A stretch of DNA of 64,000 nt from Carcharhinus amblyrhynchos (lineage: Eukaryota), in the NCBI GenBank assembly GCA_965287045.1, contig OZ336871.1, positions 58,032,001 through 58,096,000 of the forward strand, in the 5' to 3' direction. The translations under genes were made by a program, and so were the position numbers. Every line of letters begins with the position of its first letter. Position 1 is the stretch's first letter. The notes beneath the pieces were generated by a model that worked only from the letters and a program-made list of their open reading frames with translations, had not been told where the DNA came from and made no database searches. Shown one piece after another: positions 1 through 11,540 of the stretch.

Positions 1-239
1 GGTGCTTTAAAATGGAGGTCCCATTCCACTAACATTTACAAATATGAACTTCAGAAATGCTTTCATTGTCTTTCATTAGATTAATAGGCTCCTTGGCCTC
101 TCTATCATGTGTCTGGGAAAATGGCTTGGGGGTTAGGATGGAGTGAGATAACTGGGCACGTAGATCAGCAATGTGACATTCCACACCTGCCCCCTCCATT
201 CCCATCCTCAGTTGGAACTTACCATCCAGTCTATAGCAC

Positions 240-455
240 CAGACCCCTATTCTACTGGATTTTTAAAAATCTACCTGTTCACCAGGGAAGGAAATCAGTC
301 CTTCTGCCCCACAGCAATGTGGTTATCTCTGAAATAGTCTAGCAGGCCACTCATCTGTATTTCAGTAAGCAGATCACCATCATGTCTTAAGAGTAATTAT
401 AGATGAGTGGTAAGTGCTGACCTTGCCAATTATGCCATATCTCGTGATTGAATTT
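240..455 (+). mobile_element. Degenerate 3' part of tRNA-derived SINE (same family as 52556-52900)
   Basis: Shares 'agggaaggaaatc...cccacagcaatgtggtt...gctgaccttgcca' with the fuller copies at 52556 and 57813. Confidence 0.55.
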
Positions 456-1304
456 GATAAAAATAATAACAAAATTGCAAATTTTACCGTTGACAGCTTG
501 CCTGAGCGCTAAAGTAAGGACAATACAACCGCTACTGTGGTCAGGGTACCACATCACAAGACATTTCAGTTACTATTGCAATGGTGGTTTCCTGTCCAAC
601 CCACTCCATTTCTTTCAATGACCACATTAATTCTACAGGTAGGGTAAAAATACAAATACTTAATTAGATGCAATGATTACAGTTAGACATCACATACAGT
701 TTCATTGTGTACTGCTATGAATGTAAGGCACATACAATGTTAGAGTTGAATAGACTGGAATGTGAAAAATAGACAAGAGTCAAAGTTAGCAGCTGCCAAC
801 ACAAAATTTTAGAAATGCACATTAATAACTGGAAAATAAAGACTGATTAATGTTTTGGCTGAGAACCTTCATCAGGAATTGTGGTGAAAGGGTTAACATT
901 CAAGTTTTCCAGTTTTTCTTTCCTCCAGAAAGTCTTTTTACACATTTACAATTAGATAGATATATTCATAAACAGACGGGTTCTCTTATGAAATAAATCT
1001 TGTATTTTTAAAGCATGCCTTATAAAGTTAGCACACCTATATTTAACAATTAAACTTTAATTGTAGTGAATTGCTTACTGGGGAACTAGTGGAGCACTCA
1101 CCCTGCCTTTCTGTAACCTCAAAGGGTAAAATAACCACTAGACTTACGTGTATGAGTTAACTTGGCCATGAGTGAAGTCGCGAATAGAACCAAATAAGGC
1201 AGATACGGTAGGGAGTGAGATCAAACAAAAGTAACTCTATCACCACTATGGGTATGGCATAAACTTAGAAATCAACCTTAGAAATACTTTGTAGGAGCCT
1301 AAAG

Positions 1305-2051
1305 CAGTTGTCCCCAACTTTTTCAATGTAACAGCACACATCTATAATAGCAAAAGTACTGGGGCACACCTCCTATTTTCGGGGTGTGTTTGCAGGCAAA
1401 AAATCCAGAGAGAATCGGGAAGCACGGGTTTCCATGTTTAATTGTGCGTACGTGGATGCCAAAAATCTGATTTCTAGCGCAATATTGCTCAGCACTGATA
1501 GTTTGAGTTCTAACTATCGTGAAACCTGGGCCATTGACTTGGAAAACAATACAATATAAATGTAATCTATCTAAAAGGAACCTTGATTTCCTTAAAAACA
1601 CAGTTAACAAATAATTTATCCAGTTCATACATTTGAAATGGTTATCAGCATGAATATAAACTGTTTCTCCAGAGATGCTGCCTGATTATCTAAGTTTTTT
1701 CATCATTTTTTCTTACGTCAGATTTTTGGCGTCTGCAGTATTTTGCTTTTGTATTAATATTTTGAGGACTATTACTTCAGGTGGAAAAATGAAATACAAA
1801 AAACGTGGTAACATAAGTAACAAGAAAGAGGAGAAAGGTTAAGTGCAGGACAGAAGTCTCAACATAATGCTAATCTCACATCTTGGCATTAGATGCTAAT
1901 GACAGAACTGAAGGCAAAGATTAGTTTTAGTTTGATTACATTAATTTTTAATCATTTTGAATCTTTTATAGCAGCACCCTTTTGGGGGGGTGGGGGAGGG
2001 GAGTCTTCTTGGCATACCATTGTGCCATGGCACACTAGTTGGGGACCATTG
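1305..2051. mobile_element. Non-autonomous hAT (Charlie-like) DNA transposon
   Basis: TIRs cagttgtccccaact (1305) and agttggggaccattg (ends 2051), 13/15 match; identical 8-bp TSD gcctaaag at 1297-1304 and 2052-2059 with central TA, as typical of Charlie elements. Confidence 0.85.
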
Positions 2052-2129
2052 GCCTAAAGAGCAATAAAATCCAGGCCATGCTTTGGCGTAAAGACATAGA
2101 AGGTAGCTGTGATGAAGCCACGACCATGG

Positions 2130-2700
2130 AAACTATCAGAAACAAATAGTTGCAAATAGTAGAGAGTATTTTTCCTGAGGCCATGGAAAATCTACCAGAT
2201 TTCAGGAGCCAATTTCACAAGAGTCAGAAATTTAGATGTTACTGTTATCATTGTAGCTACCAACCATGTAAATGACCCGATTTCCAGTCAAACTGTCCTG
2301 CCTGTGGGAAACTCATATCCAGATGTCGGAGTCAAGGAAACAATAATGCTCCAGGTTGTAGTAAAGCATCAGGTCACAGCAATGCACCAGGTCAAGGTTG
2401 CATTAGATCAAAAGCTAGTTCAGGAGTATAGAAATCCTTGAACATACAAATGATAGATATGGAAATAGAACTTGATGTTATCAAAGAGGGAGATCAAGAG
2501 TTGTATTCAATTAGAGAACAAGAAAAATAGCACATGGAAGATGGAATTAAGACTGAAGATATAATTTAAGAATGCACAATAAAATTGAAAATATGAGATT
2601 CATAACTTACTCCCATCATTGATACAGCTGCAACAATAGTTGTTATCTTGGAAGGAGAGTACAAGAAATTGCTAAGTCACATTCTGTTATGCTAACTGAC
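2130..2700 (+). mobile_element. Highly decayed Gypsy-like gag/protease remnant
   Basis: Zinc-knuckle-like CPACGK..SRC near 2295-2330 and protease-like IDTAATIVVI near 2618-2647; many stops. Confidence 0.4.
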
Positions 2701-2734
2701 TAGTTATTCCAATGGCATTATTCCAGTGTTAGAC

Positions 2735-3030
2735 CGAATTAGTGTTAAGATGGAGTATGATGGTACATCCAACTATAATGAACACCATGCAATCATCAGT
2801 GTACACTGCCTCTTCTGATCTTATGATGGAGGGAAGGTCATTTATGAAGTACTTTAAGATGGTTGGGACAAGGATACCATGCTGAGGAACTCCTGCTGCA
2901 ATGTTATTAGATTGAAGTCATCAGCTTTCAACAACCACACTCACCTTCATCTGTGTTAGTTATGTTTCCAACCAGTGGAGATTTTCCCTCTGATTCTCAT
3001 AGACTTCAATTTTATTGGTCTCCTTGATGC
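2735..3030 (-). mobile_element. RT fragment of L2/CR1-group LINE (LDIKAAFD-type family)
   Basis: Reverse complement matches the RT region (VPQG..LGPTIF) of the copy at 52900-55015. Confidence 0.6.
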
Positions 3031-4470
3031 AGTGTTGGAAAGAGAAAACGTTCTACAGGAATCTATAAATAAGTTGGTTGATTAGATTTAAGAATCAATA
3101 AAGCTACCAATACAATATTGGGTGTATTTCAAAAGCCAACAACTAATGGGATATAGAGGAGCAAATTTGAATGGAAATTTCAATGATCTGCAAAGCCTGT
3201 ACAGTGGTGATAACGGGGGCTTTTAATGATCCCGATGTTCACTGGGATAATAATAATGTTATAAAGGACAGAGAGGAGGAAGAATTTCCAAAGTGTGTTC
3301 AGGAGAATTTTTTGATCAGCATGTTTGTGGTCCAATGTGAAAGGAGGCAAAGCTGGATTTGATTTTGGGAGATACTTGGTTCAAGTGGATCCAATGAAAC
3401 TGTGTAACATTTAGGGGGCAATAATTAAAGTATCCTAAAGATTAGATAGTTATCAAAAAGACAAGGAGCAATCTAGAGTAAAAATATTTACTTGAAGGTG
3501 GACCAATTTCAGCAGGGTGGGAACAGATGTGGCCAGAGTAAAGAATGCAAGGCAAAACTGTCATTGAACAATGGCAGCCTTTAAAGAGCAGGTGGCACAG
3601 ACACAATCCAGATAAATTATATGAGGAAGAAAGATAGGGCAACCTAACCAAATCTCCCTGGATGATGGAAAAGATGGAGGGTAAGATAAGCAGAAAAATA
3701 GAGAATATGAACATGGTGGCACAGTGGTTAGCACTGCTGCCTCACAGCGCCAGGGACCTGTGTTCAATTCCCAACGTGGGTCACTGTCTGTGTGGAGTCT
3801 GCACATTCTCCTCACATCTGTGTGGGTTTTCTTCAGATACTCCGGTTTTGTCCCACAGCCCAAAGATGTGCAGGTTAGGTGAATTGGTCATGCTAAATTG
3901 CCCATTACTGTCAAAGGGATTAGTAGGATATAATATGTGGGGTTACTGGGATAGGGTCTGGGTGGGATTGCTGTCAGTGCAGGCTCGATAGGCAGATTTA
4001 CCTCTTTCTGCACTGTAGGCATTCTGTGAAAGATCAGGTTGATAATATAGGTGAGAAGCAGACGAATATTAAAAAGTAAAGTGAAAAAGGAGGGGTAAGG
4101 ACAGCATATGAGAATAGTTTGTAGCTGACGTAAAAAAATCCAATGTCTTCGACTGGCTCACAACCAGGAAGTGGTTAGTAAGAGGAGGTATGGGCTGATT
4201 AGAAATCATAAAGGAAGCCTTCACACAGCAGCCACCACCTTTACCAAGCAGGAAATACTGCTAAATCTACACTCAGAGAGAAGGTACTTCAACCACCTCC
4301 TGGTTGAGATACTGGATGAGCTAAAAATTGATGAAGGCCAGATACTGGGAAGTTTGACTGTACTTAAAGCTAAAAAGTCACCAGGTCTAGATGGAATACA
4401 TGCTGGATTGCTAAGGGAAGTAAGGATGGAAATTGTGGATATATTCATTCAATTGTGGAGACGCCAGGTG
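3030..4470 (+). mobile_element. Degenerate CR1 LINE ORF2 fragment (endonuclease end to pre-RT), interrupted by a SINE
   Basis: ITGAFNDPDVHW..EFPKCVQENFL (APE GDFN motif) and KSPGLDGIHAGLLREV motif. Confidence 0.75.
3712..4029 (+). mobile_element. HE1-like V-SINE with CR1-type tail
   Basis: tRNA-like head (tggcacagtgg A box, gttcaattcc B box), V-domain 'tgtgtggagt..gcacattctcc', tail 'ttctgcactgtaggcattctgtga'. Confidence 0.9.
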
Positions 4471-4675
4471 TGGTAGATTCAAGATTGAGTCTGCAGGTCT
4501 TGGAGGTTTAACCAAAATGTTGAGTTTTATTCAGATGTTAACACCAGAGGCTGAGATGTTAGACTGCCCGTTTTCCTGCGCAAGTGGCCAATTGCCATTG
4601 TTCTCTTAAAGTGCCCCTGTTCAGCTACATGGCTACTTGTGAGGAAACCCCAAAAAACCTTATGAATACATACCA
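4471..4675 (-). mobile_element. 3' LTR (205 bp) of Gypsy retrotransposon
   Basis: TGGTA...TACCA termini; minus-strand AATAAA near 4525-4530; polypurine tract aaagggggaggaa immediately upstream on the minus strand (4676-4688). Confidence 0.8.
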
Positions 4676-5736
4676 TTCCTCCCCCTTTAAATCAAAGACC
4701 CTGACACAATAAACAGTATAACATTAACACTAAATTAGTAACACTAACAATCAATCAACAACAACAATGTTTCGGAAGTCATCATTCTTTGCGTAGTTTT
4801 CGACGACCTTCAGGCATCTGCTATTTAATACTTACTGCAACCTGTGGCATCTTTGTGTTAGTGTAAGTGTCATCAGTGTTTACCTTAACCGGAGTTGACA
4901 TAATGATCTAACATTGACTCAGTGTTTGATTCTCAATTATGTTTTCCCCAATTGCTTTGATTAGTATCAGATTCTCTGGAAAGTCCAGGTTATCTCCTGG
5001 AACAGCTGGATTTGGACTCTGTTTGTTCTGCCTCTGATGGATTGCTTCTTGTCACCAAAAGTTGATCCACGTGCCTCCTCTACATTACGTGGTCTCGGGT
5101 TTGTACAGCGTAGGTGATCAGTTCTGTCTGTGTTAAGGTGGTGGCAGGAACTCACATTTCACCAGTGGTATCATTTCTTGCCAAAACCACTTAATCGTGG
5201 AGTAAAACACAATGTTTCGCCTTGTTCTCCCACCGTATGACCTGACCCTGCTGCTTTTTTTCAACAATTTCTTTTGTTGTGGCTGGTTTTAGCAAATTGA
5301 ATGCAGTGCATAGCTGACATTTAACCATTAATAATGCCAGAGAAATTTGGGTTGTTGAGTGTGCAACTTGTTTGAATTCCTGTAATGAGCAGGAATTGAC
5401 TTAAACGTTTAGACAATGAACTTTGTTCTCCAGTTACCTTTAACGAATGTTTCATTGTTTGTACAAAATGGCTAGTCTGTTTATGGCAGGGTGACAAGGA
5501 TTGATCAGATGTGTTGAATTCAATTCTCTTTCAAATAGTTTATGACCTCTTGAGATATGAAATGCAGTCCATTATTACTCACCAGTTATTCAGGGTAACC
5601 GAAGCTGCTGATGATTTCACCCAATCACTCAATTGTTTCCTCCGATGATATTGACTTCATGATGGCAACTTGAGGTAGAATGAGAAACAGGTACCCTTCA
5701 AACGGTCTGGCGTAATCGCCATTTACCTGTTGCTAG

Positions 5737-6111
5737 AACATAGAACATAGAACATAGAACACTACAGCGCAGAACAGGCCCTTCGGCCCACGATGTTGCG
5801 CCGACCAGTTACAAAAACAATGACCCACTAGCCTATACCAATCCCTTTTCGTCCATAAACCTATCCAGAGATCTCTTAAACGCCCCCAAACTAGACGCAT
5901 TTACAACTGCAGCAGGCAGGGCATTCCAATCCCTCACCACCCGCTGGGTAAAGAACCTACCCCTGACATCCGTCCTGTAGCTACCCCCCCTTAATTTAAA
6001 GCCATGCCCCCTCGTGCTAGCTTTCTCCATCCGAGGAAAAAGGCTATCACTATCCAAGGAAAAAGGCTATCACTATCCAAGGAAAAAGGCTATCACTATC
6101 CAAGGAAAAAG
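5737..6111 (-). mobile_element. Young 5'-truncated CR1 LINE 3' end inserted in Gypsy integrase
   Basis: ORF2 C-terminus TRGHGFKL..RFFTQRVVRDWNALP; (TTCTATG)n tail; CpGs retained; flanked by GCTAG at 5732-5736 and 6112-6116. Confidence 0.9.
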
Positions 6112-6115
6112 GCTA
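6034..6115. repeat. Perfect tandem repeat, 23-bp unit x3.6
   Basis: aggaaaaaggctatcactatcca at 6034, 6057, 6080, plus a partial copy at 6103. Confidence 0.95.
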
Positions 6116-7077
6116 GGCCTCTTCTGGCCATTCCCACATGTGCAACTGGGCAGCAGGTTTTACACTTCTGTGCAAGATGAACGCATTCCCGCCCTCACCT
6201 CAATTTTGGCATCTAGCCATGGCCACCAGAAATGGCTCCTGTCTATCTCCTTCACCCTTACAATAGTACAACGACCTTCATGTAATTGATTTATACAAGA
6301 ATGGTGGAGGGATGACTCTCATTCTCCAGAGGAGACAACATGCCTTCAGTTGGATAACTCAAGTCTTCAAGTGGAATATGGCATTAACTCAGGATTTGCT
6401 CCTGAAGCCTTGCCTCGAAGCACCACGTTCATAACCTCTGACAATACTGAATGACTTTTAGAATGCTTCTTCACTTATCCTGCGGTTACAGAAGTGTGAT
6501 CTATTTCCTAGAATTAGAAAATACTCCCACGCAAACAACTTATTGATGAACTCCTTGGTTAGGGTAGTCAGGAGAGTCCACCTGTATTCCCAAGAGGGTT
6601 TGACAGATGGTATTTTCTCATTTGTGTGTGTGCTGACAAAAACAATGCCCACCTCTGCATTCTGCTTGCTGCCAGTGATGGAAGCCTGGCATGAGGTCCA
6701 AATATCATTGTTAGTGGATGATGGTCTTTCAATAAAGTGAATTCTCTCCCACGCAGAAATTGGTAGAACCATTTTATTCCAAAAATAATTCCCAGAGTTT
6801 GTTTTTCTATCTGCACATAATTGCTTTTGGCTTTATTCAAGGTCTTTCACGGCTTCTCTTCACCTGTGGGCATTATGTGGGAAACCACTGCCCCAACCAC
6901 ATATGCTGATGTGTCACATGCCAGTTGCAAGATTAAATTTGGTTCAAAATGTGTCGAGACTTCTGACTTGAGTAGCGTCTCTTTGGCTTACATAAATGCT
7001 CGCTCACATTGATCCACCTATTTCCATTTTTTATTTTGCATAATAGATTGTGCAAAGGTTTTAGAATAGCCATCGGA

Positions 7078-7357
7078 TTTAGCGCTGCTGCCTCACAGCG
7101 TCAAAGACCCGGGTTTGATTCCTTGCTTGGGTCACTGTCTATGTAGAGTTTGCATGTTCTCCCCATGTCTGCGTCCCCCGAGCACTCCGGTTTCCTCCCA
7201 CATTCTGAAAGATGTGCTGGTTGCATGGATTGGCCATGCTAAATTCTCCCTCGGTGTATCCGAACACGTGCCGGCGTATGCTGAACAGGGGTTTTTCATA
7301 GCAACTTCATTGCAGTGTTAATGTAAGCCTACTTGTAACACTGATAAATAAACTTTA
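7078..7357 (+). mobile_element. V-SINE, second tail type, inserted in Gypsy pol
   Basis: HE1-like head and V-domain, tail 'aacttcattgcagtgttaatgtaagcctacttgtaacactgataaataaacttt'. Confidence 0.85.
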
Positions 7358-8119
7358 AACTAAAAGATTCTGGGCAAACATTCCATAGTAATGTAGTAAA
7401 CCTAAGAAAGATCGAAGTTGGTTGACATTTTCATGTGTGGGTGCTTTGGTCATAGCTTTAATTTTCAAAGGTGACTTGTGCAATCCCTTGGAGTCGATGA
7501 CATGACCCAGATATTCAAGTGAAGATTGGAAAAAAGTACGTCTTTTCGGACTCTTAATCCATAATATTCTATTATCTGGAGTGTGGCATTGAGGCAACAG
7601 AAATGCCTTTCCTCATTCTTCCCAGTAACCAAGATGTCATCTAGGTAATGCTGGACTCCATCTAATCTGTTTAAGATTTGGTCCATGGTTTGTTTAACAA
7701 TGTTGGTGCTGAAGCTATACCAGATCTTTTGTATTAAAATAACCATTTGTGTTTCACAATCATCAAGAACTGTTGTGAATCCTGATCCATGTTCATTTGA
7801 ATATATGCTTAACTGAGGTTGATTTTCCTGAAGGGTTGGCGCTCAGCCAACCCAGTGAATAGGTCATCAATCAGCAGTAGAGGGTACTGCTCTGCATACA
7901 GTACACGGTTAATAGTGATTTTAAAATTCCACAAATGCATACTTACCTCTTACATTTTTGTGATTATAGGCCATTAAGAAACCAATGGATTTGAACCAGA
8001 GAAGGTTATAGGAAGCAAAGAATGAAGCCAGAAAATTGATTAAAAGAGGTACAGCAGGTATCTACTTCACAACCAAAACTACATTTGATATTCTGACCTA
8101 ATCATGTATTTGAATCTAC

Positions 8120-8275
8120 ATCTCCTCTGAAAGACAGCATGTCTGACAGTGCAACAGTCCCTCAGTATTATACCAGGAACATCAACCTTGGGATTTGTGC
8201 TCAAGTCCTGGAGCAGGATTTGAAGCTGGAACTGTCTAATTCAGAGGGAAGAGTGCCATCAACTGAGCCACAGGG
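8120..8275 (-). mobile_element. Deu-domain SINE (SacSINE1-like) 5' fragment
   Basis: Reverse complement resembles the head of the copy at 9125. Confidence 0.55.
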
Positions 8276-8634
8276 TTTCTATTTTTCCATCCACCCTTTA
8301 GAATGCATGCCAGTGTTTAGAATGCAATTTGCCAGCTCAAAAGGTCACTGAGATTGCTTGTGGAGACCTTCAGTCATACACTTACCTTTAATATGTGTTC
8401 TTCAGTTACTGACTCTCCTGCCATCAGAAATAGATCCTTCATATTTACCCAATTAATACCATTCATGTATTTGAATACCTCTACTAAATCCACACTTAAT
8501 CCTGTTCTTTCCTAATTGTGTTCTATTATGTTTGATTACTTGCCCAGATCACAGATTGTTCTCAAGCATAGTCTCAAAGTCTTAAACATACTTTAAACAT
8601 TGTATTCAGTTATCTGATTTATTTGTACAAAAAT

Positions 8635-8960
8635 GACAACTTTATATAGCATCTTTAAAAACTTCCAAAATATTTCACAGAGGCACTATTAAATAAAATT
8701 TGACACCGAGCCACGTAAGGAGTTATTATGGCAGATGACCAAAAACTTAGTCAAAGCTTTAGGTTAAGCAACTTCTTAAAGGAGCAAAGCAAGGTAGAGA
8801 GGTGGAAAGGTTTAAGGGGGGAAATTCCAAAGTTTAGGGCCCTGGCACCTGAAGGCTTGACCACCAATGGTGGAGAAATTAACATTAGGGATGTTCAAGC
8901 ATAGGAAATAGAAGAACATAAATATCTCGAAGGGTTGTAAGACTACAAGGGATATAATGA
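8635..8960 (-). mobile_element. L2 LINE 3' end
   Basis: Minus strand encodes GGQAFRCQGPKLWNFP-like L2 C-terminus and ends in '...gatgctatataaagttg'. Confidence 0.65.
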
Positions 8961-9124
8961 TATGGATCATTACATAGACCTTGGACCTTCAAAGATTCAT
9001 GAAATCCAGCATCCTGGTCATTTCCTGATTAACTTGACAGCACAATAGCAAAGATTTGACAGCATTTCATTTGCTATTGTTCAAATTTCCTGATGTATTA
9101 ATTAGCCAGTGAAATATAAATAAA

Positions 9125-9445
9125 GTAGTGTCAGCAGTGGCACAATTAGTAGCACTCTCACCACTGAGTTAGAAGGTTGTGTGTTCCACTCCAGAGACTG
9201 TGCACAAAAACTGGGCTGAAGATTTAGTGTAGCGTGTGCTGCACTAACTCAGATGGATGTAAAAGATCCCATGGCACTATTTCTGAGAAGAGCAGGGCAT
9301 TCTCCACAGAGTCCCTTTCTGTCTGTAGTACATTACAGTGCCTAAATTAATTGCCACATTTCGTAAATCACAACAGTGATTTGAAAACTGCCCTTCATTG
9401 GCTGTAAAGTGCTTTGAGACATCCTCGAGAAAAGTGCTTTGTAAA
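9125..9445 (+). mobile_element. Deu-domain SINE (SacSINE1/AmnSINE1-related)
   Basis: 'ggatgtaaaagatcccatggcactattt..gaagagcaggg' Deu-domain segment and L2-type tail 'ttcattggctgtaaagtgctttgagacatcct'. Confidence 0.75.
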
Positions 9446-9672
9446 ACTGAATCTTGTACTTTTACAACTCCCGTTATAACTAATTTGTTGAACATTCTGC
9501 CCTGAAAACGTTGCTAACTGTGGACAGTATGTTGCGGATATGGGCTTCCAAAAGGCTTTTGATAATGTCCTGCACAAGAAATTCTGAGCAAAAGTAAATG
9601 TGCATGGAATACCTGATAGTCTTGAGACCGGTATTTATAATTGGTTGAGAGGTAGGATACAGAGAGTAGGAT

Positions 9673-9887
9673 TACAATGATTGTCCCTTTAACACCAACA
9701 CAGAAGAGTAAGAGTCATGTAGCATGTGAGACCAATTCAGACTTAGAGTGGGTAATCAGTCCATGGGTTGGAGCCCTCTTAGGCAAGAGACAGGTAGAGA
9801 ACTAGGTGTAATTGTGAGGTTCCAGTTTTCTTATTAATAAATCCTTCTTGTGTTCATAAAAGAAGATTGTGAAAGTGCATCATTATA
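9673..9887 (+). mobile_element. Probable solo LTR (215 bp)
   Basis: Near-inverted termini tacaatgat...atcattata; AATAAA 9836-9841; flanks aggat/aggtt (5-bp TSD, 1 mismatch); removing it rejoins the CR1 host; canonical TG...CA ends are mutated. Confidence 0.5.
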
Positions 9888-10188
9888 AGGTTAAAGAGAA
9901 TGTACTTTGTCTTGGGGGAATGGGGAGGTTGATGTAATAAGTGGTGGGCCCTAATAATCTGTATTGGGCTTCAGCTGCTTAGCATATATCGTACAGAGTT
10001 GGATGAAAGAATAGAGAATAGCATATTCTAAGTTTGCAGATGATACTTGTAGGCAGGAGTTTTGAATAACTTGGGACTAAAAAAGACCAACCGTCAGAGT
10101 GAATATAGTATAGAGAAGTCACAAGTGCCAGGGGTATATTTTATAAAGGTACATACATATAATCACTGTTGGAGAATTTAAACATGTA

Positions 10189-10835
10189 TTTTTGATTTTG
10201 ATTTGATTTATTATTGTCACATGTATTAACAGACAGTGAAAAATATTGCTTCTTGTGCGCTATACAGACAAAACATACTGTTCATAGAGAAGGAAATGAG
10301 AGAGTGCAGAATGTAATGTTACAGTCATAGCTAGGGTGTAGAGAAAGATCAACTTAATGCAAAATAAATCCATTCAAAAGTCTGACAACAGCAGGGAAGA
10401 AGCTGTTCTTGAGTCAGTTGGTACGTGACCTTAGCCTTTTGCAAGAGAGAATGTTTGGGATGCATGGGATCCTTAATTATGCTGGCACTTTTGCCAAGAC
10501 AGTGGGAAGTGTAGATAGAATCAATGGATGGAAAGCTGATTTGCGTGATGGATTGGGCTATACTCATGACCTTTTGTAGTTCCTTGCGGTCTTGGGCAGC
10601 GCAGGAGCCATACCAAGCTGTGATACAACGAGAAAGAATGCTTTCTATAGTGCATCTGTAAATGTTGTCGAGAATCAGAGCTGACATTCCAAATTTCCTT
10701 AGTCTACTGAGAAAGTAGAGACTTTGGTGGGCTTTCTTAACTATAGTGTCGGCATGGCGGGATCAGGACAGGTTGTTGATGATCTGGACACCTAAAAACT
10801 TGAAGCTCTCTACCCTTTCTACTTCGTCCCTGTTG
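10189..10835 (-). mobile_element. Rex1/Babar-type LINE 3' fragment
   Basis: YRCTIESILSRCITAWYGSC motif; (CAAAT)n-like tail; homologous to 48776-49974. Confidence 0.85.
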
Positions 10836-11540
10836 GGAGGAAGTATGACACCATTCACTTAGGATTCAAGAAAATCAAAATCTTTTCTTTCATAAGAGAC
10901 AAGGAACTGGAGGGGGAAAGATTTGGTGTTCATTATACACAAATCACTACAATGTGTTTTGTGTTATTTTAACAAAAATATTATTATTAGGTTAGGTTTT
11001 CAAGGGCTATGTATCAAAGATGGGTAGATGAAGTTGAGACACTCATCTTTTTTTTTATTCATTCATGGGACATGGGGGTTGCTGATCGGCCAGCATTTAT
11101 TGCCCATCCTTAGGTTCCGTTGAGAAGGTGGTGGTATGATCTAACTGAATGGTAAAACAAGTTTCAAAGATTGAATGGGCTACTCCTGTTAATATTTTCC
11201 TTTTGTTCCTTGCATTAATGTATTAAGGGAAACCATGATGGATGATTTCCTCTGTTGACACAATTTCATGATTTAATTTGACAAAGTGTGTAACAATTGG
11301 TTTACAATATCCTTAAGCATAGCAAATCTTACACCCATATTGAAACTATGTCAGATTCATTGGTTGTTCACATTACTTATTATATGATTTAACATCCAGT
11401 GAACATTGTCATACAAGGTAGTTTACATAATTGAATATTAGGCCCCATAGCTTTTGTCTTTCATTGCAATGGAATGTCAATAAACAGATTACTTCCACAA
11501 TGTATCAATATGCATTTATCTAGGTAATGATATGTAAATT

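Larger units (their letters stand above)
4676..7945 (-). mobile_element. Decayed Ty3/Gypsy pol (RT, RNase H, integrase)
   Basis: MDQILNRLDGVQHYLDDILVTG (RT YLDD); LRSFLGLLHYY; NYVQIEKQTLGIIFGIK and RMQRWALFL (RNase H); integrase-like residues ~5200-6400; RT-RH-IN order; frameshifts and stops. Confidence 0.9.
9505..11190 (+). mobile_element. Old fragmented CR1 RT/3' region, interrupted by a solo LTR and a Rex1 element
   Basis: 'ttccaaaaggcttttgataatgtcctgcac' (FQKAFD.V.H), 'aagtttgcagatgatact' (KFADD), CR1-like 3' end near 11140-11190. Confidence 0.6.

Noticed and set aside
3719-3760. V(D)J recombination signal heptamers CACAGTG (in SINE heads; also cactgtg at ~38806)
   Set aside because: No correctly spaced nonamer and no V/J coding segments nearby
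3712-3775. tRNA genes suggested by A/B boxes
   Set aside because: They are SINE heads that continue into the V-domain; no complete cloverleaf or terminator seen
3662-3991. Recurrent ORF family 'MVAQWLALLPHSARD...HCLCGVCTFS' (also 11527, 25005, 31043, 35262, 51899, 60856)
   Set aside because: These are chance translations of V-SINE copies, not a gene family
6034-6115. CRISPR-like 23-bp repeats
   Set aside because: Direct tandem copies with no spacers, in a eukaryotic LINE context
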